Made by a program: the position numbers and the translations under genes. From Felis catus (Eukaryota), in assembly GCF_018350175.1 (NCBI RefSeq), contig NC_058383.1, forward strand, positions 24,740,001 to 24,804,000: DNA of 64,000 nt, in the 5' to 3' direction. Below the pieces are notes generated by a model. That model was not told the origin of the DNA, made no database searches, and was given only the letters and a program-made list of their open reading frames with translations. Position 1 is the stretch's first letter. Every line of letters starts with the position of its first letter. Positions 15,001 through 30,100 of this stretch are shown one piece after another.

Positions 15001-18000
15001 CATAGTGCAGTCATAATAGAACATATGCAATGGGACAATCTAATAGGTTAGAATGTATTGTAATAAGGCCTGTCAGAAACTGTGTCTTCTTCAATGTCTC
15101 CCTTATGTGCTATTCTAACTTAGCACCCACTGAATTGCTACTGAAAAAATGGTAAGCTCCTCCCACCCCAAAGGAACAAAAGCCTATGTCGATTTTTTAA
15201 TTATTACAATTATCAACATACAATGATCACCACCACATTATGGTGCGTAATATATTTAAGACACTATATTAACAGCTTTATAAAAGATATTTCATTTACC
15301 ACCACCAACAAACTAGAGAAATGTGTTCCCATTTTACAGGTGTAGAAACTAAAGTTGTTCAAAGAAACTGACCCAATGCAGGGCTTGAACTTACAACCCT
15401 GAGATCAAGACCTGAGCTGACATCAAGAGTCGGACACTTAACAGACTGAGCCACTGAGGTGCCCGTTAAGATTTTATTTTTATGTAATATCTACACTCAA
15501 CATGGGGCTCAAACTCACAACCCTGAGATCAAGAGTCATGTGCTATACTGAATGAGCCAGCCAGGGGCCTCTATCCTATATTTAAAAACAGATTAAGTCC
15601 AACTTCAGAGACCACATACTTATCTACTACATCATGCTAGTAATATAGGCCTTAATTCTGAACGCTCAGCTTGAATTACACTCCTATCTTTGTAAAGAAA
15701 GGTAACAACAGGGGATGGCAGTCTGTGACTATCTGTTCTAGTCCCATAATTTTAAGAAAAGTAAACACACAGGTCAAAGATACTAACCTTCCTTGGGCCA
15801 TACTTAAGGAAATACTGAGCCAATTCAAGGGTTGTTCTAGCATCTTCTGTGGCATCATGACCAAGCCTATCTGGACACTGTATATCCTTCCTGGAAAGTC
15901 AAGATAAAATGGACATACCTGGGACCATTTTTTAACGACAGGTTCTTTCAGCTACCTCAAATATTCTGGTTATATGTAAAATTTCAGCAATCTGATAATC
16001 AGATTTCATCATAACAATCAAGATTCCTTTATTCCTAAGTGCCATGAGAGTACCAGGAGTGAGAGGACTGACGATATACAACAATCAGAAATGGCTTTGT
16101 TTACAGCAAGCATATTATCTGGACATTAGGCTACCCAATAAAGTCTCTGACCATGCCCCAGCCAACCCCTTGTCTCATTTTTTAGATGTAACCATTTTTT
16201 AAAGTTAACTTCCAGAAATTTTTTATTTGCATGCAAGTGTCTATATGTATTTATAGTTCCATACATCTTTTCTGATTCATTTTTAAAAACCTTTAAAAAG
16301 TATATATATTTGTGTCTATAGATACATCTAAATCTAATCTATATCATATTGATATCTGGGGATATACAGATCCTTGTTCTGCATCTCCATTTTATCCTCA
16401 GTAACATCTTAAGAGTTTTTCTTACTAGCACATATATAGATTCATCATGTTCTCTTAACAATAATGAAGCATTCAATAATACAGATAAATGTAATTTATT
16501 TAACCAGTACTACAGAATATTTGCAGGGTTTTTGGCTATTTTAAACCATACTATAATGAACATCTTTATGCACATGTGCTTGTACATTTAATATAGGAAC
16601 ATTATGTTTTCAAATTCTGATTAACTTTTCTGCCCCTCCCTGTCCCGATCTATCCATTAAACCTCAGCTGTGAATGTAAACCCCTTTTTGTATTCCCACG
16701 ATTTTTCCATTTGTTAGTCATACTTCTCTGGAATTAGCATCCCAGGATTCATAAGAAATGAAAGGAATAATGTCTACAGACTAAGAAGAAGAGCAGAGAT
16801 CCTCAATTTTGCCATTTGCATTAAATAAGATATTACATGCTAACTTATATGTGACTTATCAGGACAATATTATAAGATGCAAACAACCTACCCCAAAATA
16901 GCTTTGGCTAAGAACTTTAGCTTAAATCTTCTGCCCTGCTCTCTGACATAAAGCAATGATGTATCAATAACATATGGATGTATCATCTGAGGAGGAAAGA
17001 GAATAGAATGAGTAGCATCCTATGCTAAAGTAAAAAACAACTAGGCTGGGGGACAGAAGAACCCAAGATTTTAGATTTGAGATGAGTGGAACAGGCATAT
17101 AAACTGGAAAAACTAAGTTCTAAACCAGATACTCACTTTTAGCGCTCTGAGATCCAAGCCTAATGAATGGCCCACTAACACAGCATCAGGAGGAAGCAGT
17201 GCTTTTAACTGTCTCTGTACATCTTTGAGTTTGGTTGTCACTGGGTTAAGAATCTTCTTTGTAATTCCTGAAAAGCTTTCAATGAAAAAAGAGAAATGGA
17301 CAGGTCAGGATATTAATAAGGTTTCCTCCTTGAAAAGTCATTTAAAAAAGAGTATTTTTGAAAATTAATATGTGCTAACTGTAAAAAGGCTGAAAATACA
17401 AATAAACAAAGAGGAAATTTAAAATGACCAATAATCCTACCACCCAGAGATCACTTTTTACATTTTAGTAAATATCCTTTCATACTTTTGATACACATAT
17501 TCATGTATATATTTCATTTATAAAAATTCAATCGTAATGCATATTACTTTATAACACGATTTTATCATTTACTATATATCATTAACAAGTTTTCACATCA
17601 ATTAACCTATTTTAACACATCCTTTTAAATGGTCACAGAGTATTCCATTATATGGATTTCACATATTTTAATCAATCCTCTACTTTCATATGTTCCCATA
17701 TATTTGAAATACTGTGACAAACAAACTTATACATACATCTTTGCCACAAATGACTGATGATACTAATTATCATGCCTCCTAATAGGACAATCTTTATCAC
17801 TATCATGGCCTCTCTGTTGCATCAATTTATAGATGCAACTTCAATGGGCAAAAAAGAGTAATGTTTTACTAGCTTTTTTTTGCCTAATCATGATAAAATG
17901 TGTATTCTAAAATTGCATGATAATCCTTAAAAAGGCAGACAAAAATTTTTGAGCTTCAAATTTCTTAGTTTTGTATTGGTTTTCAAGGTCAAGGCAGCTT

Positions 18001-21000
18001 AAGCTCTAAAATCCTTTGACTGATAAATAATGATTTGCAGGTTTTTCACATGAGGTCTTATTAGACAGCAAAGTTCCAGCTGTTTGGCAGTTGCTAGATC
18101 ATGATTACAACCAGAGACTCTAGACAAGGAAAATATTGTGCTTCCTTAAGGTCACAGGAAGATTAGAGAGCAAGAAGGGTTAAGAGCTATATACAGACAT
18201 TGTGCAATTTCAGTATTAAAATTTACACCTGTGGTACCCCAGCTTTGTCTTTCATAATATAGATGTAGATAATACCTAACTAAACAGAAACTACAAACTA
18301 TTTGTGTTTTCACATTCCACTCTAGTCTGCCAGTTCAAGGGAAAGCAGAAGGCAAGGTGAAAAATACCTGGTAAGGTAGTCCAGAACCTTGTTGTCAGGT
18401 TTAACAAGTTCATCCATAATACAGCAGCCTCCTTCAGCAACCAGTGAGATGCGTGTTAGCTCCCTCCCTTTGGATGTGAGGCACTGAAAGACCAGGCCAG
18501 AGTCAGACTGCTGAACGGTGGAAGCTCTTGCTTCCTCTCATTATTCAGACTACATCAACTGCTGTCGACTATAACCTACTGGGGACCCACTGACAATGGC
18601 ACAACCTTTTGCTAACTAGAGAATCCAGAATGAATGAAATTAAAGCTGGGCAGACTGCTGAACCTTTCATCTAAGGTAACCGATTCAGTTTAATTGCTCT
18701 GAAAAGGATGTGCTCAAGGAAGATGGATGGAAATAATACATCAGCCATCATTTTACCATTTATTGAGTGTTTTACATTCCAGTATTAGCTGAGTACCACT
18801 AGTAATTTAAAAAAAAATTTCTTAACGTTTATGTATTTTTGAGAGAGACACAGAGGGCAACCGGGGGAGGGGCAGACAGAGAGGGAGACATAGAATCCCA
18901 AGCAGGCTCCAGACTCTGAGCTGTCAGCACAAAGCCTGATGTGGGGCTCGAACCTACAAACCACGAGATCATGACTGAGCTGAAGTCAGACGCTCAACTG
19001 ACTGAGCCACCCAGGGGCCCCTGGATAGCACTAGTAATTTTAATTAGCATGCTCTATTATCATCTCATGCAATACTAAGCATTCTATACATACCACCTCA
19101 TAATAACCCAATGAGGTACCTCTGTTATTATCCCCACTTCAAAGAGAAGCTGAGACTGAGAGAGGTTAGGGATTTGTCCAAGGTGACAAAGCCATTAACA
19201 GGCAAGGCCAGCATATACACACCCTGATATGAGACTCTAAAATTTTAGCTCTTTGCCACTTTGTTCAGAAATGAGAGACTGTTACCTGAGTACTGAGTGA
19301 GAGAGGATGCCCTGTCTTTGAAAGGAGACTTACTAATTAGACAAAGTGAAACACAAAGGGAGCTTGAGACAAATCCTACTTCTGATCTTAAATGTGTAAC
19401 ACCAAGCCAAACCAGTGGTAGCTGAGGTAGTCCTTAGGGGAACAAAATACTTGTTCAAAAGACAGAAGGAGTAAACTTCTGGTAATGTATAGACATCTGG
19501 TTAAACATAACCACTAGTTAGAAAACTTAAGTGATATTTATTCTTCATCCTGGAGCATATATCTAAGTTTTCTAAAATGTGAGTAAAAGTGCCTACTTTC
19601 AGTTATTTAAACTGAATACTGGAATGAAATGGACTGATTCACTGGTACATTAGACTCAAGAAATCATCTTCTACTCTAGTTTGTAACACTCCAGTTGAAA
19701 CATCAAAAGTAGTACTTACCATTTCACAGTCAAGTCCAAAGAGAGGACTGTTGTCTGTTATAGAACCATGACATTTGGTAGGTACAAAGTTTTCACAGTC
19801 TGGAAAACCTAGAAGGAAAAGAAATAAAATATTTGCCCTTAAAACTAGAGATGGTAAACATCACTCAGATTCACTCACCCAGGGAAAACTGAAATACTGT
19901 AATTGCTGGGCACCTTCTCTATGTTAGACACTCGAAATATAAAAAGAGACAATGTCTGTCCTCTAGTCTTTCTCCATCCACTCATTTTTTTATATTCTGG
20001 GGAAATACAGGCTGCTGTTATAAGGGATACTAGGGCCTGGACTTCTTGGCAATTATCAAATAACAATTTTTCCTTCTTATGAGAACAGAGATTTTAACTA
20101 AAATTTGGCTAAATCCAAAGTCAATGGACATTTTCATGTTAGGCATTGAGGGAGGATAAACAAAGTATACAATAATTGCATGTGGCATCTTTCTTTCCTA
20201 AATAAAGAAAAAGTAACAGTAAGATTCCACCATACTAGAGATCTAAAAGGATTTTACTGTAGGCAGAGTGACATTCATCATGTGCACCCATGCACCGAAC
20301 TCTACCCTTGAGACTTCTCTGAGATGCCTGCATTTTTCTGGAATCAAAGAGTGAAAATTCTCTATAGAGGCCCAGAGCTATAGGCTTAAGGCACCCACTC
20401 CATCGTGTACCCTAACCAGGTGTCAATAACCAGGCATGTTCAGCTAAGAGGCCCCAAAGTGTTTGAACCAACAAAGATTCCTACCTTCAGACAGAGGCTA
20501 AAAAAATAAAAATATCTAGATCTTGTATGACAAGAAACAGAGAAGTCTGAGAGACTGACTAGTTTCTGTATCATGGTACCTTAAAATTTCCAACTAGTTA
20601 CAATTAAAATAATTAAATATTATCTAGACCAGAAAAGAGAAGCATCCCCAAATTTGGGAGAGTTTATACTTGCTGCCCAGATATTATCTATTTTATTAGT
20701 AGCAATAATAACAAAAAATAACTTCTTAAAAGCATCATGTGCCAGGCACCATGCTAAGCACTTTTCTGTACATTAACTCATTTAATCCCCATGGCAATCC
20801 ATGATACGTGAACTATTAACTCCATTTTATAGATAGCATATGAAAAGATGTTCAATATCATCAGCCATCAGAGAAATATAAATCAAAATCACGAGATACT
20901 GCTTTACACCACTATAATGGATATAATCAAAAAGACAGAATAACAACTGTTGGTATGGATGTGCAGGAACTAAAACCTTTATTTTTTATTAAATGTTTTT

Positions 21001-24000
21001 TAATGTTTATTTATTTTTCAGAGAGAGACAGAGTGCAACTGGGGGAGGGGCACAGAGAGAGGAAGACACAGAATCTGAAGCTGGCTCCAAGCTCTGAGCT
21101 GTTAGCACAGAGCTCAACATGGGGCTCAAACTCCAGGGCCGCAAGATCGTGACTTAAGCCGTAGTTGGACGCTTAATTTACTGAGCCATCCAGGCACCCT
21201 GAAACTGGAACCTTTATACATTGCTGAAAGGAATGTAAAATAGTGCAGCTGCTTTGGAAAACAACCTCAGAGTTCTTCAAAAGGTTAAACAGAGTTACCA
21301 TATGACCCAGAAATTCTACTCCTAGGTATATACTCTCCTAAAATGAAAACATATGTCCACACAAAAACTTGTACTGAATGTTCATAGCAGCATTATTCCT
21401 AAGAGCCAAAAAGTGGAAAGAACCCAAATGTCCATCAACTAATGAATGGATAACATGTTGTATATCCATATATAGAATATCACTTGAATGAAAATAAATG
21501 AAGGTGGCAGATGGCAGCTACACTTAATGAGAACAGCATAATTACAGAGCTGCCTAATCACTATGTTCTACACCTCAAACTAATGTAACATTGTGTGTCA
21601 ACTATACTTCAACAAAAAAAATAAAATTATTGCTGGTTAAATCTTTTAATTTTTTGTTTTGAGAGACAGAGAGAGAGCATGTGCACATGCACACAAGTGG
21701 GTAGCAGCAGAGGGAGAGAAAGAGAATCTCAAGCAGGCTCCACACCCAGCACAGAGCCCGACTCAGGGCTTGATTTCATGACTGTGAGATCCTGACCTGA
21801 GCCAAAATCAAGAGTCAGACGCTTAACCGACTGAGCCACCCAAGCACCCTTGCTTCTTAAATCTTAAAAAAATGAAAGTAGGGGCGCCTGGGTCGCACAG
21901 TCGGTTAAGCGTCCGACTTCAGCCAGGTCACGCTCTCGCGGTCCGTGAGTTCGAGCCCCGCGTCGGGCTCTGGGCTGCTGGCTCAGAGCCTGGAGCCTGT
22001 TTCCGATTCTGTGTCTCCCTCTCTCTCTGCCCCTCGCCTGTTCATGCTCTGTCTCTCTCTCTGTCCCAAAAATAAATAAACGTTGAAAAAAAATTAAAAA
22101 AAAAAAAAATGAAAGTATATAAGTGTTATAATAAGTAGGATAAACTACAAGATATGGATGGTACCATGCATATTATTTGAAAACTAAATAATATATATGA
22201 ACATATATGTGTGTGTATGTGTATATATTTTACATATATATACATGTGTATAAATATACATACACATATATGTACACATACACATATATACATATACAAT
22301 TTTAACATTTATGTAATCTCTACACTCAATGGGTTGAAATCATCCTTGTGATCAAGAGTCTCGTGCTCAGGGCACCTGGGTAGCTCAGTCAGTTAAGCGT
22401 TCAACTCTTGATTTCGGCTCAGGTCATGATCTCACAGTTCATGGGATTGAGCCCTGCATCAGGCTCTATGCTAACAGTGTGGAGCCTGCTTGGGAGTCTC
22501 TCTCTTCCTCCCTCCCTCTCTGCCCCTTCCCTGCTTGCACATGCATGCACCTGCTCTATCTCAATATAAATAAATATATGTTAAAAAAAAAAAGAAAAAA
22601 GTCACATGCTCTCCCACCTGAGCTAGCCAGGCACCCCCCAAAACTAAATTATATTTAATCTTACTAAAATTAAATTTAAAAATAAAAAGAAATTTAAAAA
22701 AAGAAGAGGAAATGGAAGTACTGATACAAGCTACAACATGGGTGAACCTGAAAACTAAGTGAAAGAAGCCAGTTACAAAAGACCACATATTGTTCAATTT
22801 CATTTATAGGAGATATCCACAATCAGTAAATGTATAGACAGAAAGTAGTGAAGGCCTAGGAGCTAAGGTAGTGTTGTGTGAAAAATAATAGTGCAGGGTT
22901 TCTTTTGGGGTGATGAAAGTATCCTAAAATTGATTGTGGTGATGGTTGTAAAACTCTGCAAATATACTAAACTATTGAATGGTATGTTACATGGGTGAAC
23001 TGTATGGTAGTTTAACTCTATATCTAAATAGAGCTGTTTTTGTTTTTTTTTTTTTAATTTTTTTTTTTTAACATTTATTCATTTTTGAAAGGCAGAGACA
23101 GAGCACGAATAGGGGAGGGGCAGAGAGAGAGGGAGACACAGAAACAGAAGCTGGCTCCAGGCTCTGAGCTATCAGCACAGAGCCTGACACAGGGCTGGAA
23201 CTCACGAACCGTGAGATCATGACCTGAGCCGAAGTTGGACACTTAACTGACTGAGCCACACAGACGCCCCGAGCTGTTTTTGTTTTTAAAGGAAACTTAA
23301 CATTACTGCTATGATTAAGAGGTAACAAAATAAAATTAAAGCATTTTTCATAAACTCCTGTTACATAACTGACCAAGGCTCTGAGCCCAGACCTTCACTG
23401 ACAAAAATGAAAATGGGGTATGGTGGAGTGGGAGGAGAATTAGAAGTATCAAAGAAGTGTTAAAAACATATTGACTTATTTTTAATATACTAAGAAGGAA
23501 TGAAAGAAAAATGAAAAAGGAGTAACTTTCTCACAGAATATTTCAATGATATTTAAGGTCATGTTTATGTGCTGCACATCCTATACTCTAGGAAACCCTG
23601 TACTTAAAGTGTTTCCTTATTAATAGAAGATGGACTAAGTCATTTGGAAAGCAGCCAAAAAACCAGAACTTTCAACAGTAGTATTTTAAAAAAAATTTTT
23701 TTTTTTAACATTTATTTATTTTTGAGACAGAGAGAGACAGAGCATGAACGGGGGAGGGTCAGAGAGAGGGAGACACAGAATCTGAAACAGGCTCCAGGCT
23801 CTGAGCTGTCAGCACAGAGCCCGACGCGGGGCTTGAACTCACTGACCGTGAGATCATGACCTGAGCTGAAGTCGGCCGCTTAACTGACTGAGCCACCCAG
23901 GCGCCCCTCAACAGCAGTATTTTTAAATAAACTATTAAATATTTTTACATTGTTACCAACATCAGATTAAGTCTAAACCAACCTTGTAATGGAAAATTAA

Positions 24001-27000
24001 ATGTTTTCATTTCCTCCTTTGTGAGAAGGCATCTGGTTAAGCCCACTTTCTTAGAGCCATATTTTTGAATAATAGGGGCATTCTGCAGGCTGATGCTGAC
24101 TTTTGAACTGGTAGAAGGTAAAGACCCTGAAAAAAAAAAAATAAAAGGACAAATATACATTGTCAGAATATGTGTTTAAGAGACCTCAGAGGACATATTT
24201 CTTAACCTTGTGTAGGGTAAGCATAGTGAAGATCAAAGGATGTATTAAGACCCAGCTTCAACTCAAAGGAGCTTGTACTGATATAGTTATAGGAAAACAA
24301 AGAGAATGTAAGTCTGAAATGAATTATAATAATAAAAGCTATAAAAATGAAAGGAAGAATACACTGGTTGGGGTGGTCAGAGATGGTTCAACAGAGGAAA
24401 AGATTAGCTGAGTCTTGAAGAAAAGGCAGAATTCAGATAGTTGGTGTATCACACCTGTCCATCACAGTGCTTGCCACTCCTAACAGCGCATTCTACCTAA
24501 ATCTACTCCACTCCTAGCCACTTACTCAAGCATCAGCCTGTTCTTTAAGCAAGAGTAGTCACTGACTGGACTGAGAGTGGGAACCTGGCTTTAGAGTGAC
24601 ATATCTACAAGCAGACCAGCAACTTGATATTCCTTGTCAAGACATGTTCAAAAGGGATAATGGTAATTAGCTAGGCTGATCAGATTGCTTGCTTCCAGAA
24701 TCAAACCAGGAAATACAGAGAACTGACCAGTTATGAGAAAACAGAAAACAGAGAAGATAGATGCCTTGAAAGGGCACCTGGTTTCCTGGTGGCTTTCTAG
24801 TTTAAATGCATCCTTTAAATAGGACAGTAGTGTAGGAAACAGTTGAGAGGAATATAAAAATGAATTGTAGAGCAGTGCAAATGCCTGGCACAAGAGATTA
24901 GGCTTTAGTCCATAATTCAGTACATAATGGAGAGTAACAGCAAATTCCTAAGATGGGAAATGGCACAACCATAACTTTAAGAAAGATCAACCTCAAAGAT
25001 ATGGGGAAAATGGAGAAGAGAGAGAAATGAGAAATGAGTCATGCAGACTGAGTATAAGGAGCCAAAAGAAAAGTAATTCTAAAATTCAGGGCTGTTACCT
25101 TAGAGAAAAATGGTACCAACAGAAAAGGCGATTTGAAGATGGGAACCTGTAATTTAAGGAAAAATGCTTTTAGCTATTTCATGATTGAGGGAACTGGGAA
25201 ATATCCAAGTAGCAACATCCAGCAGGTGGTTGAAAATTCAAGCCTAGAATCTCGGACATCAGACCCAGAGATAAAGATACAGGAGTTATCAAAAGAAGAG
25301 TAATAGGTCAATTGGGAAGATAAATATTTTGAAGGAAAGACTGAATTGAAGGATGATCACAGTGCTACAGGCTATGCTTTGGGACTTTGATATTTAGGAT
25401 GGGAAGCAAATGAAATCCTTTAAAGAACAAAGAACTAACCATAACTCTCTAACTTCTTACAGCCTACAGAATAAAATCCAAAGTCCTTAGCATAACACTT
25501 ACAACCTGCAGGACAAAGCTTTAACCTACCTCTCTGTCTTGTCTCTCACCACTACTTCCTCTTATTCCAACTCATCATCCTCCAGTTATCCCCAACAATT
25601 ATATTCTTCAGCCACATCAAATCTCTTTTGCCTGATTATTTCTTTTGCAATACTAAGTCTTTACATGACCTTTGAATCTAATAATGACTACTCCATGATT
25701 ACTTAAAAAAATTTTTTTAAGATTTCTCATATTTTAAAAAAATTTATTTTGACGGGGGGAGAGGGAGGGAGAGAGGGAGAGAAAGAGAAAGAAAGAGAGA
25801 GAGAGAGAGAGAGGGCACGCGCTCTGAGAGAAAGTGCGAGCATGAGCAGGGGAGGGGCAAAGAGCAAGGGAGAGAATCCCAAACAGGCTCCATACTATTG
25901 GCACAGAGCCCAAGAAGGGGCTCCATCTCACAAAACTATGAAATCATGACCTGAGCCGAAACCAAAAGTTGGATGCTTAATTCAATGAGCCACCCAGAAG
26001 CCCCACTCAAAGAGGTTTAAAATACGGTGGAGATCAAATCAAACACAGCTGCAGGTCAGATACAGGCATCTATTGGAAGGACAGGGGAACAATGGAAAGG
26101 AAGGAAGCAGAGGTCTTTGAGACAGAGGATAATAGGAAACACAGTCCTAAAGGAGATAGGAAGGAGCCACTGGCAACTCCTCACCACCTTTTCATGTCAG
26201 CTCAGTATAACTATTCAATTATTATTGCTGAACACACACAAAAAAGTATCACTGATTAATACTTACCTAGGTCCAATGAATTCTAGTAAGTTCTGTTCTA
26301 TTCCATCATCTACCTCCTTCCCCTCACAAAAACAGAAGGTTAACTACAACTTACTCATGGACACAACCCATATGTTTGAAAACTACTGCCATCATGGATA
26401 TTTCTCTTTCAATTGGCTAGCATCTAAACTTCCTGCCTATTCCCCACTCTGAGTAGTTTTTTTTTTTTTTTTTTTTTACATCTATTTATTTTTGATAGAG
26501 ACAGAACACAAGTGGGGGAGGGGCAGAGAGAGAAGGAGACACAGAATCCGAAGGAGGCTCCAGGCTCCGAGCTGTCAGCACAGAGCCCGATGTGGGGCTT
26601 GAACTCACAAACCGCAAGATCATGACCTGAGCCGAAGTCAGACGCTTAACCGACTGAGCCACCCAGGCGCCCCTTAAATAGTATTAATGGGTGTTCCTTA
26701 CATTAGTCAAAGGCAAGATCTTCATTCCCATTTGTATACTCATGGCTACAAAGACCCACTGACAGTTTAAAAATTATTCACAGTAATCTGTAAGAGTCAA
26801 ATGTTATTGATATCCAGGGACAGCCTTCACTTATCTCACCTAACCAAATGGTTTCTGAGGCATGAATGCTACCTATGGTTCCTGCTGTCTAATCTCCCTA
26901 AGTACTGATCCATGTTCTCCTTAAAAAAATTGTTTTTCTGTTTAGTTAGAATTAATCTTTGTTGTTTGCAAGAATAAACTTGATTGACAAACCTACTTAT

Positions 27001-27053
27001 AAGTATAGCCGTAATATCTTTTATTTTTTTAATACATTTAAATTTTTTTACAG

Positions 27054-27103
<50 letters not shown>

Positions 27104-30100
27104 TATGAGCTGGGGAGGGGAAAAGAAAGGAGAGAGAGAGACTCCCAAACAGACTCCGCACCACCACCGCAGAGCCAAACAGGGGGCTCAAACTGGCAAA
27201 CCGTAATATCAGGTCACTGAGCCAAAAACAACAGTCAGATGCTTAACCGACTTAGCCACCAAGGTGCCCCTCCATAATATCTTTTAGAATGAGCAAATCA
27301 TCAAACCAGAGTCACAGCCATACCTTCCACCATCTTGGATAGATCCCCAGTTGTTTGTTTCTTTTGCAGTCCAATGATATCAGCTAGAAAATTAGATGAT
27401 GGAGGAGGCAAGCGGAATTTCTGAAAATACATTAACAAGTTTTTATAAAAATGCTTGAAAGCAGTTAAGATAATGTCAAAGACTTGCACTTTACTTAATT
27501 CTATGTCTAGCAATGTATTTATTTATTTAGGCATGCACTTTTTTTTAAATTTTTTTAATGTTTATTTCAAGACAGTGTGCACTTGCACAAGCAGAGACAG
27601 AGGGAGAGAGAGGATCCCAAGCAGGTTCCACGCTGTCAGCACAGAGCCTGAAGCAGGGCTCCATCCCACAGATGGTGAGATCATGACCTGAGCTGAAATC
27701 AAGATTCAGGACACTCAAACAACTGAGCCACCCAGGCGCCCCCACTCAGTACTATGAAAGGTCTAGACCTTAACTATTTGTATTGCAAAATGAGAAGTTT
27801 CCTTAATGTGTAAAAGTGACTAGGTAATTAAAAAAAAAAGTGACAAAGGAAGTAAGACCACATTCATCCCATTCCACAAATTTTCTTTGCTTCTCTGATT
27901 ACAGAGGAAAGTCCCCTATATTTTTCAAAGCACTTCTATCTATTATGTTAATGGACAGCTTGCCAGGTAGGAAAGATGACACAGCCAGGCTTAGAGTTTG
28001 AGGGCTCCAACCTTAGGCTCACTTGGGCTGAAATTCCAGCTCTGTCACTTACTAGTTATAACCTGAGCAAGTCACTCACAGTGTCCTTATTTATAGAAGA
28101 CACCTGTACCTCTCACAGAACTACTGTGAGAATTAAAGATAATGCATGCAGAATGACTGATGTAGGTCCTAACACATATGTAGTGTTCAATAAATGAAAA
28201 TAAAAAAGAAAATAGAGGCTCAAGGATTTAAATTAGTACTCACCAAGTCCAATCCCTCAGGGTAAATGGATGAAACAGTTCAATAAAGAATAGAGGTGGC
28301 TATGGGAAAATGGAGAGCACATGCCTCTTCTAGAGATAACAGCTGCTATTCAGCTGCACATACTATTCTAAGGATGTCCAATCTTGTGATATTGTCAAGA
28401 GGCCAAAAAACATAAGACTTTACATAAACTGTATAATTTTTGAAAATATCGTAACCCAAATAAAATAGAATAATATCAACCTGGGGACTACATATAGATT
28501 GTAATCTGGTAATAAATGTCTTGCCTAGATCATCAAAGAAAATCGGAGACAAACCTAATCTCAACATGAGATCTCTTTTTTGCTTTCTACAACCTCTACT
28601 GTTTCTTTTATCAGGTTGCCAAAGAGCATAGTTTGAGAGACGTGCACTAATCTCTGGATAAGAGGACTCAATTCAGGCCTTAATACAAAGTTTTCTTAAC
28701 TTACATGCGTGAATGCCTTTCGGAGAAATCCAAACTCCATATAGAACCTATAAAAGTGTAGCTGGCTCATTCCCTGCAGTACAAAAACCACCACGTTGTT
28801 CAGCTGGTTTTGGTGAAAAAGCTGGCACCAACTGTTGAAAAATCAAACCAAAACAGCTAAAAGTGATACCATCAGGTCAGTTCAGACATACAAAAGAAAA
28901 GTGTGGAAAAAAAGCAGCAAGCAACAGTTAATGGAGCTTATCATCACTCACTGACTGCCTGGTAAAGAACAGCTTTTAATGCACAGAATTCAAATAAAGA
29001 TCTCGTGAGATAATTATTTATTGCATTCAAATCCAAAATCCTATTAAGATTTGCTTTAAATTGGAAATAAGGTAATTTTACAAAGGCATATCCTCAAGAT
29101 CCCAAGATGCTCTGCAGTCCTTCCTAAACAAGTAATCACATGACTGACCTCAAGAAAGCCAGTTTTAGATAAACTGACAGACTAATGGCAATATGCGTTA
29201 ATGTAGAAGATGGCTTTTGAGGTATCTAGCCAATCTCTCTCAGATAGATGTCTGAAAAACTTTGAAAAGTTTTGAAACAATTTGTATTGGTATATATCAA
29301 AAGCAATTTTCATTAGATATTTAACAATGGCAGTGAAGATATCAGAAAAAAATCTCTTTCACCCTTCACATAAAGGGAACAAAAAAGATTGACTGGGATT
29401 CTTAATATTTAATCATATTATTTCAATCGGGTCTCCACTGGGGGTTATAAACCAAAATACCTATAGTGGTGCTGGGGAAGGTCATTGAAAAGACATGACT
29501 GCAGCTGACCTGTGAGCTGCTCCAAGGACACAGCCTTGAGATAGTGATGTGGTGGTGAAAACACCAGCATGGTATATGTGACTGAATCCAGTTAAGGCCT
29601 GTATGTACACTTTTAGGATTTGGCAGGTAGGTGTAGGGATCTATTTGTTTTGCTCCTACCCAAGACCAGCTTTGTATATGCAAGTTCCCTTTGCTTATTA
29701 TTAAAACTGCCACTTACCAACCTGAAATGGCCTGCCTCATTCTTTAGTCTCTCCCTGCCCTCCAAGTAAGGGGAACTGGTTTCAGTTTTCACCCAGAAAG
29801 TTCCAAAGAAGGTTGCAAACCAATAAGCAGCCAGACAGATAATGCAAAAAAGAGAAGCAGGTCAGGTAGGACACTAAAGAGTACATGCCCCTATTCAGAT
29901 TTGACAAATTGTTGCCATTTGGGAATACAGGGACAGCTGCCAGATCTTAAGAGTTTTTTGAATAAAGTATCTGGATTTTAATAAAGGAATTTCCAAATTA
30001 AATATTGGCAACTAGTATAAGAAAAATTTAGGATATTCTGTATGGCAAATAAACAATGTAAATTAAGAGTGTATGGCCCTGTAGACACGAGTTTGAAACC

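Noticed and set aside
17150..17175. REXO5 GHSLGLDL differing from recalled human GHSLDLDL
   Set aside because: The substituted residue is not the catalytic ExoII Asp, which is retained; no evidence of inactivation
21881..21960. tRNA-like A/B boxes
   Set aside because: tRNA-derived SINE heads, not tRNA genes
26027..26452. 141-aa plus-strand ORF in a REXO5 intron
   Set aside because: Non-ATG start, no recognisable motif or splice support
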